DNA from: Eledone cirrhosa
Taxonomy: Eukaryota
Length of the DNA stretch: 64,000 nt
Reading direction: 5' to 3'
Assembly (NCBI GenBank): GCA_964016885.1
Contig: OZ024741.1
Coordinates: 231,074,001-231,138,000 of the forward strand
The notes below the pieces were generated by a model. That model saw nothing but the letters and a program-made list of their open reading frames with translations. It was not told the DNA's origin and did not search any database. Positions within the stretch are counted from its first letter, which is position 1; every line of letters starts with the position of its first letter. The translations under genes and the position numbers were made by a program. Below, piece after piece: positions 1 to 15,374 of the stretch.

Positions 1-1850
1 TATAAGAACAGTATCCTGAGATGAAATTCGATTTTTGACATGCCGCTGGCCGGAAAAATACGTCCTTCTCCTCGTACGATTGGCACATATATGAGTTCCT
101 AAAAGGGTCTCTCAGCCATCGTGTTTACTGGAGTAAAGTGCAATTCATGTGTCAATAAGTGATATCAGGATTCACGTAACCCCCACGGAATTGGTGTCAT
201 GAATCAACAAAAGAGTAACTCCTCAAGTGTGTTGTGTTGATCTCTACCAAACGATAGTGTATGGTAGCTAGAATCCAGAAGATAGTGGAAGCAATAAACG
301 GAACCCTGAGGAACGGTGAGGTATATATTTTGTTGTCATCCACATTATTGAGATAATCGAGAAGGGAGCAGAGGTTATCAACAAAAGGAGTAACCTGTTC
401 AGCTCCTGCCACCACAAATCACATGGAAGCTTCCTCAGACTGTGCGGATAAACAGCATAGTTGTACTGTTGAGGTCCACTACAAAGCTTGACAATGGAGG
501 CTGGACGTGACCAAACAACGACCACAGCATCGGGTGGATCCTGGATAGCCTGTCTGCATCCGCTCCGAATAACACTACCTCCATTCTGTTATGCACGTAT
601 AGGATATTATTTTCACGACATGAGGGTCCATGTTTTACCTCCCTTTGTTCCTCGTTCCTTGATCTCCGTATGTATACTTGCTTTTGTATTTATGTATAAT
701 CTTTGTTCCGTTTGTTCCTATGTTCTACAGATGTGCACCTGTATTTATAACTATGTTTTTTGTTCTATATTTGCTACCTACAGCTCACTTCCACAGTCTA
801 GTAGTCCTTTTTCGTCGGACGTGGTGTTACCGTTGTTATTATTAATACCAAGGGTAGGGCGGTGGATCGGCAGTATCGGTAGAGCGTCGGACCCATTCTT
901 TGGCGCATAGAGTTACGGCCCTTTCCATTCTGAGTTCAAATCCCGCCGAGGTTAACTTTGCCTTTTATGCTTACGGGGTCGATGAAATAAAGTACCAGTA
1001 ATGTACTGGTTATTTGCTCGCCTTGTGCCTAAAGTAGAAACAATTATTAATACCAACGTAAGGGTGGTGGATTGGCAGTATCGGTAGAAAGTCGGACACC
1101 ATGCTTTGCAGCATAGAGTTACGATGCTTCATGATCTGAGTTCAAATTCCGCCGAGGTTTACTTTGCCTTTCATCCTTACGGGGTCGATAAAATAAAGTA
1201 CCATTCACGCACTGGCGTCGATTTAATTGACTTTCCCCTCTTCCAAAATTGCTGGCCTTGTGCAAAAGGGTGGAAACAATGATTATTATGAGCATTATGT
1301 TAGTACTATTATTAATATAAGTATTTATGTACAGCGACCGGCACTACTAGACCTTTTTTTTGTTGCTTTCGCCGCCGTGACGGGTTTATTACTGGTGTTG
1401 TTGTTGGTAGTGTGGGTGATTGTGGGAGATTGGGCAGTGCTGCTGTTGTTGCCGTTGTTGTTGAAGTTGCTCTTGCCTTGAAGAAAACTGTTATCAAGTG
1501 TGTGTATCGCCCTACATTAAAGTTCCGTTTATTGGTGTTGATGAAGTTGCTGTCATCGTTGTTGTTAGCTGTGCATAACTTCTAAAGATTGGCCACTTTT
1601 AGACACGCCGCTCATTTGAAACAATTGTTAATACTTTAAATAAACCCTATTGTACAGCCAACCATGTTATTTCTCACACTTTTGCTATTGTTACTCCAAG
1701 AACCACCTGTGCAATAACTTCTTAAACCGGCCACCCGACTAAGGAAACCTCTTGTTGAGTTAAACAAAGGCCGAATGTTAAAACTAACCTCGATACAGAG
1801 CACGCATATCCTCTAGACGATATATAGTTATCTTACACACACACACACAC
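1..1850 (+). repeat. Duplicated block A (other copies at ~19980-21060, partial, and ~42260-44200)
   Basis: Colinear shared sequence, e.g. gtagctagaatccagcagatagtggaagcaataaacggaac in all three. Confidence 0.9.
850..1275 (+). mobile_element. Tandem tRNA-derived SINEs (octopus-type)
   Basis: A-box-like tggcagtatcggtag, B-box gagttcaaatcc, body aactttgcctttcatccttacggggtcgataaaataaagtaccag; two head-to-tail copies. Confidence 0.75.
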
Positions 1851-1858
1851 ACACACAA

Positions 1859-1891
<33 letters not shown>

Positions 1892-1902
1892 CATATATAT
1901 AT

Positions 1903-2569
1903 TATTAAAATAACAGATTAAAGTTTAAGCAAAGAATCGCTGCTTTCACCCTTAACGGGATCTTCTGAAACTAACAAAGTCAATCTGTGAACGCAGAAGT
2001 GGATATTTCAAAAAACGTTGCAACCGGAGGAAGACAGGAAGTCGATACTATAATGTCGATATTATAATGCTGACGGCTGTAGGTATGTAACAAACCTTTC
2101 GCCAAACGGCTGCACTAAACAGCAACAACTTTGCATCATAGATGTAACTTTTTCCAAGTAAGGAAGTGATGGTATTTTTCTCTTCTAAATTTCGTTAAAA
2201 GATTAAAGATATTTTATCGTTTATTTAAATATTCACTTCTTTAAAAGTTTCAAATGTCACCACTTCCGGTTATACGATATTCCCCTTTCTTTCTTAGTTT
2301 GTCTTTTTAGATAGATACATAGCTATAACGTCGCGTTCTTATAATATATCTCTGTATGTCTGGCTGTCTGCATTAGATACATATCTATAAGGTCACACGA
2401 TTATAATATCTGTCTGTCTTCACGAACCAATGTATCATCTTCCTGTTTTCCTTCGGTTGCAACGTTTTTCGAAATGTTCACTTCTGCGTTCAGAGATTGA
2501 TATTTTTAGTTTCAGAAGATCCCGTTAAGGATGAAAGCAACGATTATTTGCTTAAACTTTAATCTGTTA

Positions 2570-2575
<6 letters not shown>
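1903..2575. mobile_element. Foldback element with ~135-bp inverted termini (Penelope pLTR-like); related fragment at ~11290-11405
   Basis: tattaaaataacagattaaaagtttaagcaaa... at the left end mirrors ...ttgcttaaactttaatctgttattttaata at the right end. Confidence 0.6.
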
Positions 2576-2631
<56 letters not shown>

Positions 2632-2636
<5 letters not shown>

Positions 2637-4991
2637 AATGAATAATAACAGGTAGACATCATAAAAAGGTAATTTATTCCGTGTGCTTACAAATGTTTCC
2701 ACGGTGGTAATACAGCCTAGTTATGCTATGTTCAAATTTACAACTAGGGGAGAGGGAGAGAGAGAGAAAGATATGCAGGGGTTGGAGAAATAGGAGAGAG
2801 TGGTTTGTAGATATCTTAATCAAAATGTTATGGTAGGGGTTTTATTATACTGGTTACTTTTAGAGAGATGCGGTGATAGTCAAGGTCGGAATTATTTGTT
2901 GCCCCAGAGGGCAGGTTCATAGATGTGGAGAGGGAGGGAGGTAGGCCAAAGGCGAGAGAGAGAGTGGAATGGATGTAGAGAGAGAGAGAGAGAGAGGGGA
3001 CAGACGAAGTCTATGTGGTGGGTGAACTTAGGGTTCGTAGTAGTAATCTGCGAATTGCACTGAGTTACCATTTATAGTGATAAGCAGTGTATTGTCTTGT
3101 AGTGTGGGGGGAGAGAAGGTGGTTAGCTAGAAAGCGATGTTATAGTTACCGGTTCGAATGTTAAGTTATTTTATAGTGAGAGAACTTAGCTTTTAGTTTG
3201 TGGTTGCAGTATAATGATCGTTCGATTCTATCATTAAGTAGTTTGTTTTTGGATTGTAATATGTAAAAGAGTTCAAGGTTACATAACCTACAGTACTTCA
3301 ATCCACTCCGGTATGCACTTGCGCTGGAAAGTATATCCCATTTTAACGTGAACTGTTGGTTGCTTTCACGGAGTTGCCAGGTCTTGTTGGCGAGCGTGGT
3401 CACAAAACGGTGATCAGGATGTTTGATTGAGAATCGATAACGGTACCGACGAGATTTAAACGAGGTGGTGGTAGATCCGATATAATACCATTTCTGGTCG
3501 TTCGATTCAACCGTGCATTGGTAAACAATGTTGGACTTTAGGCATTCATTCTTCAATGGACATCTTTCAGGTAGATGGCAGTTACATTCTTTGTTGTGGG
3601 TAGCGGGTATACCATGGATAGGTTGTGATAGCTGTACAGGTGGGTTGTGTAATACCTGTCTCCCATTTAATGGTTGGGAGGCAGATATTACGTTCTGCCC
3701 ATCTGTTACCAAAATATTTTGTTTTGTAGTGTTGTTTAATTGCTTTATGTTAAGTTTTTTTTATGTATGCTTCAAGGTTTGGTGCCGTGGAATATGATAG
3801 TGTAATAGTTTTAGAGTTCAGAATTTTACTGTATTTATGGGAACTAGGGAAATGTTTGTTGATTAACTTAAAGAATGAAAGAGATAGTTCTGTACTAATC
3901 GAGGCATTAACAATAGGATTATACCAGATATACTTTCTACAACGTGATTTATTTGGTAGTGATTTTCTATTATTAGTATGTCTGGTGGTACTGTGTGTGT
4001 GCGCTTGTATTTTAGTCCCCCGGTTACGTATTCCTTGATTTCGTGTAGAGCTATGTGTGTTATGGAGATTCTTATCAATGTATTCTATTGTATCCCGGTG
4101 GCCGGCATTCCTTAATGCATTATTATAGTATTCAGCGTGATCACTAAAAATATCAGAGTTAGACGATAGGCGAGAGATTCTAAGAGAAATACGCCGGGGA
4201 ACCGATTTGATCATGTACAGTGGGTGGTTTGAGTTAAAGTTGATATACGTAAGGTTCTCATTTATCTTGTGGAAGGGTCGTATCTGTCCGGTATTTAAAT
4301 TAAGAGTTACGTCCAAAAAGTTTACTACTTTAAGATTGTATTCGTGTGTTATTTTTAGACCCAGTTCACTAAAAGATTTTCTAATATTTTTCCGTAGCCT
4401 TTCAAGATTTTGGTTATTCAAGTTATTAACTAATAAGAGCCCGTCATCTATGTATACCCCCCCCCCTGTAGATTACTAAATTTCCTATGTAGTATGTGGG
4501 CTATGTAAATTCCCACAAGATCCGTGACCTTCGCTGAGTCGTTGGAACCCATGGTAATGTCGAAGTTTGTGGGTCTGTCCGTACGTTCCCAGTAGCAGTT
4601 ATCAAACTTAATAATAGTTTTTCTAGCCTCGAGAATAATATTAATTTAGTCCTACGTTAGGTCGGAATTGACTTTAGCAAACGATAGGGCCTTATGTAAA
4701 GTCCTTGTTGAGATTGAAGAGTAGTATTCGTCTATGTCAAATTGTATAAACTTAGATTTATTCTTATACTTAACGTTATTAAACCAGCGAATTGCTTCGC
4801 TACTGTTTTAATTTAATTTCAATTTTCTTTTTCACTTAAGTTATTACTCTGTCAAGTATATGTTTTACTAATGTTTCCTATGTCTGATTTAGAAGGGCAT
4901 AACTAGGCTGTATTACCACCGTGGAAACATTTGTAAGCACACGGAATAAATTACCTTTTTATGATGTCTACTTGTTATTATTCATTCTTTA
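2632..4991 (-). mobile_element. 5'-truncated Penelope-like element (disrupted RT + GIY-YIG) with 95-bp inverted termini
   Basis: ORF 3750-4421 (VVNFLDVTLNL, YINFNSNHP) and ORF 3161-3712 (NIVYQC...YYIGST...CRLCNLE); 2632-2726 is the reverse complement of 4897-4991. Confidence 0.9.
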
Positions 4992-5132
4992 TATACACTC
5001 CGGAATACAGAAGGATCAGGAACTAAGTTTCTTCAACAATTCTTCCATAACTCGTAGAGTAACCTCTCACCGTACGTCAACCATATCGAGTATAGTAATT
5101 AACCATTACTACATCTAGGATAATCCTATACG

Positions 5133-5265
<133 letters not shown>

Positions 5266-5279
5266 TAGATAGATATAAT

Positions 5280-5842
5280 TATATATTCGTGTACAGTTAT
5301 TTTTGCATACACATAAAGAAAATATAAACAAACGTATTTATTTCATGAAAGCTCAGACGGCTTACCGTCATTGTTACTGCCGATATGCCACCCCAAAAGT
5401 CCCAGCCTGGTGACAAGACCTGATTTTCCAGAAGAAGAAATGTTACTAGAGCAATTGTATCTAGGATGCTCTATGGTGAGCTCGCCAAACAAACTATTCA
5501 TCTTTGCTCCCCGAGGGCCGAACAAAAAATATTGTATACTCTAAGACTCTAACAATGTAATTCGTGTATTTAATGTTACTTGGGATTTCCATTATGGTTG
5601 TAAAAATTATTGTAAAGTTTCTTAAAAAAAGTTGTTCTCTGTGCAGCCTTTATTGTTGTAACTATCAATTTTCTTTAACGTACTGGCTGCTGAACTGGGT
5701 AATCCTAAAAAATAATTCAAACCCAACATCAGAGCACGTTAACTCCCCCACCCCAAACCCTCGCCGACACGATAGGGCGTGAATCCCGAGAAGATAAAAT
5801 GGCGGTATACCATACCGGGCGTGAGCCGGACGGGCCAGCTAG
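5280..5842 (+). mobile_element. Possible non-autonomous Helitron (3' end only is recognisable)
   Basis: GC-rich hairpin-like ccgggcgtgagccggacggg followed by CTAG|T; the 5' boundary is a guess. Confidence 0.35.
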
Positions 5843-6227
5843 TATATATATATAGGAAATGTGGTAAGGAACCAGATGGACCATAACGCACCTAAGTACT
5901 CAATACTTAGGGTAGTAGAGTTGGTAATAGGAACAAGTATGACCCCGACGGCTGAGCTCAAGCCGATTCGACGGCTAAATCTAGACTAAATAAGAATTTT
6001 TAGCCTGCTAAATAAATAGCCGAACTTCTCAGGAGGTAATTCCATATATGGTAAAATAGTGATTGTCACAAGTATTAGTCAAACGTTTGTTGTTAAGACA
6101 TATGATCCTATCATGGCATTTTGTGGAAGGTAGGGGTAGGTGAACTTGCCGGTAGAAGAAAGAGGGGGAGGGAGTGGAGGAAACACAATCAAGCGTTGAA
6201 AGTGAAATCTATTGCAGATTCTAAGGA

Positions 6228-9200
6228 TAGTGTATAGAAGGTCGAAAAAAGTGTACTAGAGAAGAGGTGGGGGAGGCTTGTTGAAAGAATAGGTACATCG
6301 AAAGGGAGTAAACAAAAAAGCCATTATAAAAATGAGGAAATATATAAAAAATATAAAAAACAATTTCTGGTTACTACTCTCCTTCCACAAAAACCAAATC
6401 TCTCATTGGTATTGCTAAGCTATAGAAAAGTTTAATAGGTGGAGAGGAATACTAAATACGAAATTGTAGTGAAAGAATGTTATAAAACCATCATCACAGG
6501 GGGGTCTAACACCACTGCTATAGTTAGTAGTAATCAGCCAATGCTATCTTACAATGACAGGTTAATTAGTTGAGGGCAAACATACTAAAAAACTAATAAG
6601 AAATATTAATTCAGAATCCCAAAACATAAATACTAATACAATATATATAATACTAATACAAGACATAAACACTAATACAATATAGATAAATACTAATACA
6701 ATATATATAAAAAAATCTAATACGAAATATGAATTCGGATCCCAAAACATAAATACTAATATACAAGAAACTAATGCAGAAATACCACTAAGTAATTTAG
6801 AAATCACGGAAATTGGGGCAGCAACAAGAAAGAAAGCAATATCCGGGGTCTAACACATCTGTTATAAAAAGCGTAATCGGCCAATTATATCTTAAAATTA
6901 GGGGGCTGCGCGTAGTGAGGCTACAGAGGACCGATGGGCTGCATCCGGGTGGGCGAGAAGGTGGAAAAAAAGAACGACAAGGAAGGAGATCTGGGGTGGA
7001 AGGACTAGGAAGGGTTGGGGGAAGAAGTAAATATAGAGGAAAAGATAAAAAATATAAAAAAGGTTACGTCCACCTTTGTAAGCAGGGGTTAACCCTTACA
7101 AAGTTGGCAAGTGGGGTGTTTCAGCCATTGTCTACCCCCCCGGGTCATTATGGGGTTTGAGGGCGAGGTAAGTGCTACGCAATCTGTGTTTGCATGCAGT
7201 TACCAGTTCGTATTGCTTATTTAGGAGTTGGTCCTTAGAAAACAGCATTTGTAATGTTTCCTCCGAGCATAAGTTACACGGACGGCGTCATCCCGTGTAA
7301 GATTTGGCTCTGGACAGTAAGCTCCAAGTGAGATTGTAGGTTATATTATTATCTTTGAGGTCCAAGATGTGGCCCGAAAGTGTAGTGGCGTGACGCAGGG
7401 CCGGATTTCGGAAAGTATGTCTGTGTAGGTAGAGCCGTGTCTTGAAGTTACAAGCAGTTAATCCTATATAAGCTTTGTCCCTAACCCGAGTAAACTTCCT
7501 GGACGTTACCCTTAACCTCGATAACGATCTGTACTACCCATACAGGAAATCAAACGACAAACTGCATTACATCCACCGCCGGTCGAACCATCCTAGAAAC
7601 ATCACCAACAACCTGGTTAAAAAGATCTCCCTTCGTATATCTCGTGTGTCCGCTAATGAACAGATATTCGATGAACATACGCCTTATTACAACCAGGCCC
7701 CAAGCGGAGTGGCTTCCGGGAGGAAATATCCTATTATCCCGCTTCCATTGGCGGAACCAGCAGGCGACACGGCCGCTAACGCAACGTAACGTGGTTCAAT
7801 CCTCCCTACAATGCCGAGGTGACAACACCTATCGTGAAAATCTTCTTTAGGATCATCTAAAAACACTTCCCACTACAACACCGCTACCACAACATAATCT
7901 ACAAAAACACCATCAAACTCTCCTACAGCAACACACCTAACTTTGCACAAAAATATCGTCTCCTCTAACAACAAAAAACTCAACCCCTATGGAAGAAATA
8001 ACCTAGACAGCAGTGGAGAGCAGGCCAGGAGGTGTAACTGTCCCGATAGATCCCTTTGGCCCCTCAAAAACAGATGCTGAGATCGTAATCTGATCTACCA
8101 ATGCAACGGGAAGACGGACACCTCCAACAAAGCTTATATAGGATTAACCGCATGTGACTTCAAGACCCGGCTCTACCTACATAGACTTACTTTCCGAAAC
8201 AAAGCCCGGCGTCACCCCACTACACTTTCGGGCCATATCTGGGACCTCAAAGATAATAATATAACCTACAATCTCACTTGGAGCTTACTGTCCAGAGCCA
8301 AATCTTACACGGGAGGACACCGTCCGTGTAACTTATGCTCGGAGGAAACATTACAAATGCTGTTTTCGAAGGACCAACTCCTAAACAAGAAAGACGAACT
8401 GGTAACTGCATGCAAACACATATTGCGTAGGACTTACCTCGCCCTAAACCCCATAATGACCCAGGGGGAAGGGTAGACAGGGGTGGAAACACCCCACTTG
8501 CCGACTTTGTAAGGGGTAACTCCTGCTTACGAAGGTAGACGTAACTTTTTTATATTTCTTATCTTTACCTCTATATCCCCCACCCCATCTCTTCCTAGTC
8601 CTTCCACCCTAGATCTCCTTTTTGTCGTTCTTTTTTTTCACCTTCTCGCCCACCCCGATGCATCCCATCCGTCCTCTGTAGCCTCACTACGGACACACCC
8701 CTAATTTTAAGATAGAATTGGCCGATTACGCTTTTTATAGCAGATGTGTTAGACGCCAGATACTTGCTTTCTTTCTGGTTGCTCCCCCATTTCCGTGATT
8801 TCTAAACTTCTTAGTGGTATTTCTGCATTAGTTTCTTGTATATTAGTATTTATATTTTGTGATTCTGAATTAATATTTCGTATTAGTTTTTTATATATAT
8901 TGTATTAGTATTTATGTATATTGTATTAGTATTTATGTCGTGTATTAGTATTATATATATCGTATTAGTATTTATGTTTTGGGATTCTGAATTAGTTTTT
9001 TAGTATGTTTGACCTCAACTTATTAACCTATTATTGTAAGATAGTCTTGGCTGATTACTACTAACTATAGTAGTGGTGTTAGACCCCCTGTGATGATGGT
9101 TTTATAACATTCTTTCACTACAATCTCGTATTTAGTATTCCTCTCCACCTATTAAACTTTTCTATAGCTTAGCAATACCAATAAGAGATTGATGATTGTG

Positions 9201-9890
9201 GAAGGGTAGTAACCAGAAATGTTTTTTTATATTTTTTATATATTTCCTCATTTTTATAATGGCTTTTTTGTTTACTCCCTTTTGATTTACCAATTTTTTC
9301 AACTACGCCCCCCTCTCTTTCCTCCCCTTATCTAGTACACTTTTTTCGACCTTCTATACTGTATATTAGATATACGTATTATTATTATTTTTTTATTCCT
9401 ATTATTCTTATTTATATTTAAACTCTTAATAAGGTTTAATTTGTGCTGTTAAGGATGGAAATGTGTATTGATGTATATGTATATGTACGTACGTGTGCGT
9501 ACATATATGCATATGTATATTGTGCCTTTTAATTTTAATTTTAATTTTAATATTGTTACAAGTATATTATATTATATTATATTGTATTATATATAGTACT
9601 ATAATTCCCGCTCTATATAACCACCTTTGTTTAGCTCTAGTTTTTTTGCTTTGGACTATATTTGTAATATGGTTCAAAATGTTATCCACCTCCTTAGTGA
9701 TTTTTATTATATATTTTTACCCATAATCTTCTAATACTTTAGTGTATGTACACTCCATATTCTTCGGAGTTTTCGGCTTGTATTGGCCGATAGTACTTCC
9801 TGTGGTTTTGATTGCCCTGATGAGTCCTTAATAGGACGAAACATTGTTGGCTAATAAAGACTTTTGATGTATTGAAGGCTTCTTTGTTTT
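6228..9890 (+). mobile_element. Truncated Penelope-like element with a ~1.2-kb inverted duplication
   Basis: 7475-8450 holds RT C-terminus and GIY-YIG remnants (RVNFLDVTLNL, HYIHRRSNHP, YIGLT); 6228-7478 is the reverse complement of ~8127-9362. Confidence 0.88.
9814..9851 (+). ncRNA. Minimal type I hammerhead ribozyme motif (Penelope 3' region)
   Basis: gcc-CTGATGA-gtcc ttaata ggac-GAAAC-att-GTT-ggc. Confidence 0.75.
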
Positions 9891-9944
9891 ATTTTCATAA
9901 TATATATATATATTTTCATAATATATATATATATATATATATAT

Positions 9945-11780
<1,836 letters not shown>

Positions 11781-11849
11781 ATATATTGTTAAACTTGGCG
11801 AGGGTCATATTGGTTGGTCCTATCGGAAGCTTTTGATTGATCAAACTTG

Positions 11850-14340
11850 ATCTCAGCCCCACTGAAGACAGATTCAATCACTACACTCTATATAATGTAC
11901 TCCATGTGGTGGTAGTCGTCGTGTATGGACCTGTTCGGGATTGCGAAGTTTGCACCTCCCCTAACAGACATTTGACAAAAAGCACTATACTCTTTGCTTA
12001 CACCTTGGCCAAAATCTCGACCTGCTTGTTGAGCAAACGTATGGGGAATAAATTAGCTGGTGTTTCCCGCTTGTTCTCGTCTTTCCTCACCATGCCCGAC
12101 TGAAAGAACTGGGAATAAAAATTTCCTGCTGCCAGTTGCAGTATATGGCTGCGGGGAGATGGTAGGACAAGTGTGGCACTTTTACGTTAACTTCTACGGC
12201 AGATCATTCAAACCAGGTGAGTTGCGCCTCGTGCAACCGATCAGGGCATATCGAATTTTGACTGATGTCATCGGGCCTTCGCATCATTCAGCATAAGCTG
12301 TTGTGAGTCGCGTCAGGCCGTCTAGGTAGTAACTGAAGTGCGCTACCGTTTCAGTTAACACGATCCCCACGGAGAGCCGGCCAAAATGCTGGCCAAATGT
12401 CACACACAAATAACAAAATAGATGAGGATTTCACGAAAGAGGAAAGTGTTTGCTTTCATCCCTTTCTATTTTGTCCACTACAGAACGGTTTTAGCCATAG
12501 CCACCAGGCATATACTATTTGCCGGCTGAACCCTATTATAGGGAGGTGTGTTTGGCGATTTCACGTTTGATTCAGTTCATAGGCGGATCCACCCTGAACA
12601 TGGCAGCAGATGTTCGACTGTGTCGGTAAACAACCCTGAACACTCCGACGTAAGTAAAAGTGGACTTGGCGGAATGTCTAAAATAATAACTGAAGTAAAC
12701 TGTTATCAGACAGTGTATACGCGAGACTCGTAGTGATCTCATTGACAGTTCGAAATTATGCCTGGTCAATACATTGGTTTTACCTTCGTTCGTACAGATA
12801 TACTTACATGTGTGACACACCATTATAACATCGACATAGGCCCAAAGTTCAGCAGTGCTCAGGCACAGAATGAATGCACGCAGAACGATTTCTTCAGCCT
12901 GCACATTTGTCTGACAAGCTCGACATACGGAACAAGAGATTCATGGTACACAGCCATCAATTTTGGCCATAATATTTTCCGGATCATAGCTAATTGCTTG
13001 TCTTCAACAGCCAAGTTCTCCTCAAGAATGTCGTCACTTTACCTCACTCCAATCGGCTATATACCAAATTCGATTTTCCACAGTGCCCAAATGGCTAAGT
13101 GCGTTGAGCGGTTGAAGACATTCAAGTTTCAAAGCACTCCCTCTCAGACATTGATTAACCCAGTACCAGAGACCCATCAATAGGACGAGCTACAGCAACA
13201 CGTGAATACATCGGTTTTACCTTCGTTCGTACAGATATACTTAATATATATATACTTATATGAGACGAGCTACATCAGCACGTGTCTGTTGGATTGGAAC
13301 CGCACCTGTTCTCCATAGAGAAAATAAAGATGGGCAAGTACTTGTGCATAAGCCATGATATTGCCAGTCATTCATGCAGCCGATATTGACAGCAGTTGGA
13401 TTGAAACACGTCCTTCGCCAAAAGACCTGATGAGTGGGCGCTCCAGTGCAACCAGACGTGTAGTAGATGACGGACGCGTTGTGAATAGTTTCCTGTCGCT
13501 CAATATCTGAGTGAGCAATGTCACTATACTCGTTACCTCAACCCAGTTTTCTTTATTTGGACGCGTGGGATCAACCCACTGGACATGCGTCACTATGTGC
13601 CAAGCTGCAGGTCCACTTACCTTTCCTTGTTAACTGTGGCTTCTGTTACGAATTTGTATTCCCTCGGAAGAGTGCTGCAAAGCTCTGAATATGCTCTCAT
13701 GGCGTTTTCACATCCGAGTTAGCACGAGTTGAACCTCAACATCTACCGCTTGTGAAGTAGGGCACGAGAGAAATCACGCATAACAGGGACGAAGTCGACA
13801 ACGTTTGGGAACCAAGTGCATATTATTAAGTATTTCGCTCTGATCATGGACACTGATCATGGTCACTGTGCATTTCTGCAAAATATCCCCTGAAATTGGG
13901 CCTCAAGCCGGCTGACCTAAGGAATGATGCCGGGTAGAGATGGACATCTCTATCAAAATACTTCAATTATTCTAAGCTCATCAGTACACCTCACATTCCA
14001 GGTTCCTTAACCATCCTGTTATGATGTATAGGATACGGAGGAGTTTGTCATCGATGGATTTTACGGAATGGCAATCGAGTAAACTGCGCCTGTCCCGGTT
14101 TAACACCGAGTGGATTTGGGCTTTATTGACACGATGCGCCTTAAACAATCCATCCCATTGAAAGGCGTAGCTCTGACAATCCAGCTCTAAAGTAAGCCTT
14201 TGGGGAATTTGATTTCACTGTGAGCATGTCACTCACGAATTACCTTCCTATCTGCCACATCTAGCTTCTTGACAAGCTCGCCGTCTACTCTATTTCTTTC
14301 AATAGGTAGTTCTTCGCTCAAAATTATGACTCAACTCGAA
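11850..14340 (-). mobile_element. Decayed L1/Tx1-like LINE fragment (block C)
   Basis: Minus-strand translation gives SPGLNDLP and ANLFPIRLLNKQVEILAKV*AKSI, resembling the L1/Tx1 RT motifs KSPGxDGLP and N(Y/F)RPIxLLNxDxKILAKVLAxR; many stops. Confidence 0.6.
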
Positions 14341-14526
14341 TCTCTTATTTAAAGAGGACTACCATAATATATATATGCATAAATGTGAACATATACAGAT
14401 ATATTCATACATACGCAGAGGTATACATACATGCATACACACACACATAAATACATACATACATACATACATACATACATACATACATACATACATACAT
14501 ACATACATACATACATACATACATAC

Positions 14527-14985
14527 AAACCTGAAAATAAAAACTGCCACCAAATTAAAGCACAACCGGCCTGATATTGTAGTTTGGGACCACACATTGA
14601 AAACGTGTTCTGTTGTGGAGATCAGCTGCCCACTTGATGTAAACGTTGTCAGAAAAATACAGGAGAAGGAGGACATCTACGGACCATTGATGAGGAGCTT
14701 ACAAATCCAGTATCCAAGATACACCTTTAGCTTCATACCCATCATTATTGGTGCTACGGGTTATATACCAACCCGCTTGGACCAAAGTATGACCGAACTT
14801 GGATTTGCGGACAAAAAGCGCAGCTCCCTAATTCATAGTCTACAAATGGCTGCGATAGCTGGCACCTTCAAAATATGCAAAACATTCTTGCGATTCAAGG
14901 GATGACAATTTCTTTTCTTTTACAACCTTGCCACCAGGAAGGTGGCCGGTCAAAAAAATATACTCGAAATTAAGAGAAAGAGAAA
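14527..14985 (+). mobile_element. 3' fragment of an RLE-type (R4/Dong-like) non-LTR retrotransposon
   Basis: KHNRPDIVVWD...VVEISCP...KEDIY...PIIIGATG restriction-like endonuclease motif; flanked by (TACA)n. Confidence 0.8.
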
Positions 14986-15074
14986 ACATACATACATACA
15001 TTGTCTTACATACATTGTCTTACATACATTGTCTTACATATATTTACATAACCTCTTCGTTTTAATTATACCAG

Positions 15075-15209
15075 AGTGTTCTAGTGGAACGTTTGGACAG
15101 GACTGTAAGAAGCCGTGCCGTTGCCGCCATAATGACATCTGCAACTTTATAAATGGTACATGTCCTCGTGGATGTGTAGATGGATACACAGGAAAAGACT
15201 GTCAGACAG
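15075..15209 (+). CDS. Internal exon encoding one 8-Cys EGF-like module of a multi-EGF (MEGF10/CED-1-like) protein
   Basis: ccag|AG acceptor, G|gtatgt donor, 135 nt, phase 1-1; (E)CSSGTFGQDCKKPCRCRHNDICNFINGTCPRGCVDGYTGKDCQT. Confidence 0.88.
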
Positions 15210-15310
15210 GTATGTATATGATGTATGTTACAGATTAAACTAATTTTGAAAACCGTATTCAATGAATGTGAAACCAGATCTAATTTTACTTCACCGTATG
15301 CACAATACAT

Positions 15311-15374
<64 letters not shown>

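Noticed and set aside
197-910. Block A ORFs as host exons
   Set aside because: Frames and stops differ among the three copies and no recognisable domain is present.
14942-15238. 98-aa ORF as a standalone gene
   Set aside because: Only 15075-15209 looks coding; the rest is read-through of intron and repeat sequence.
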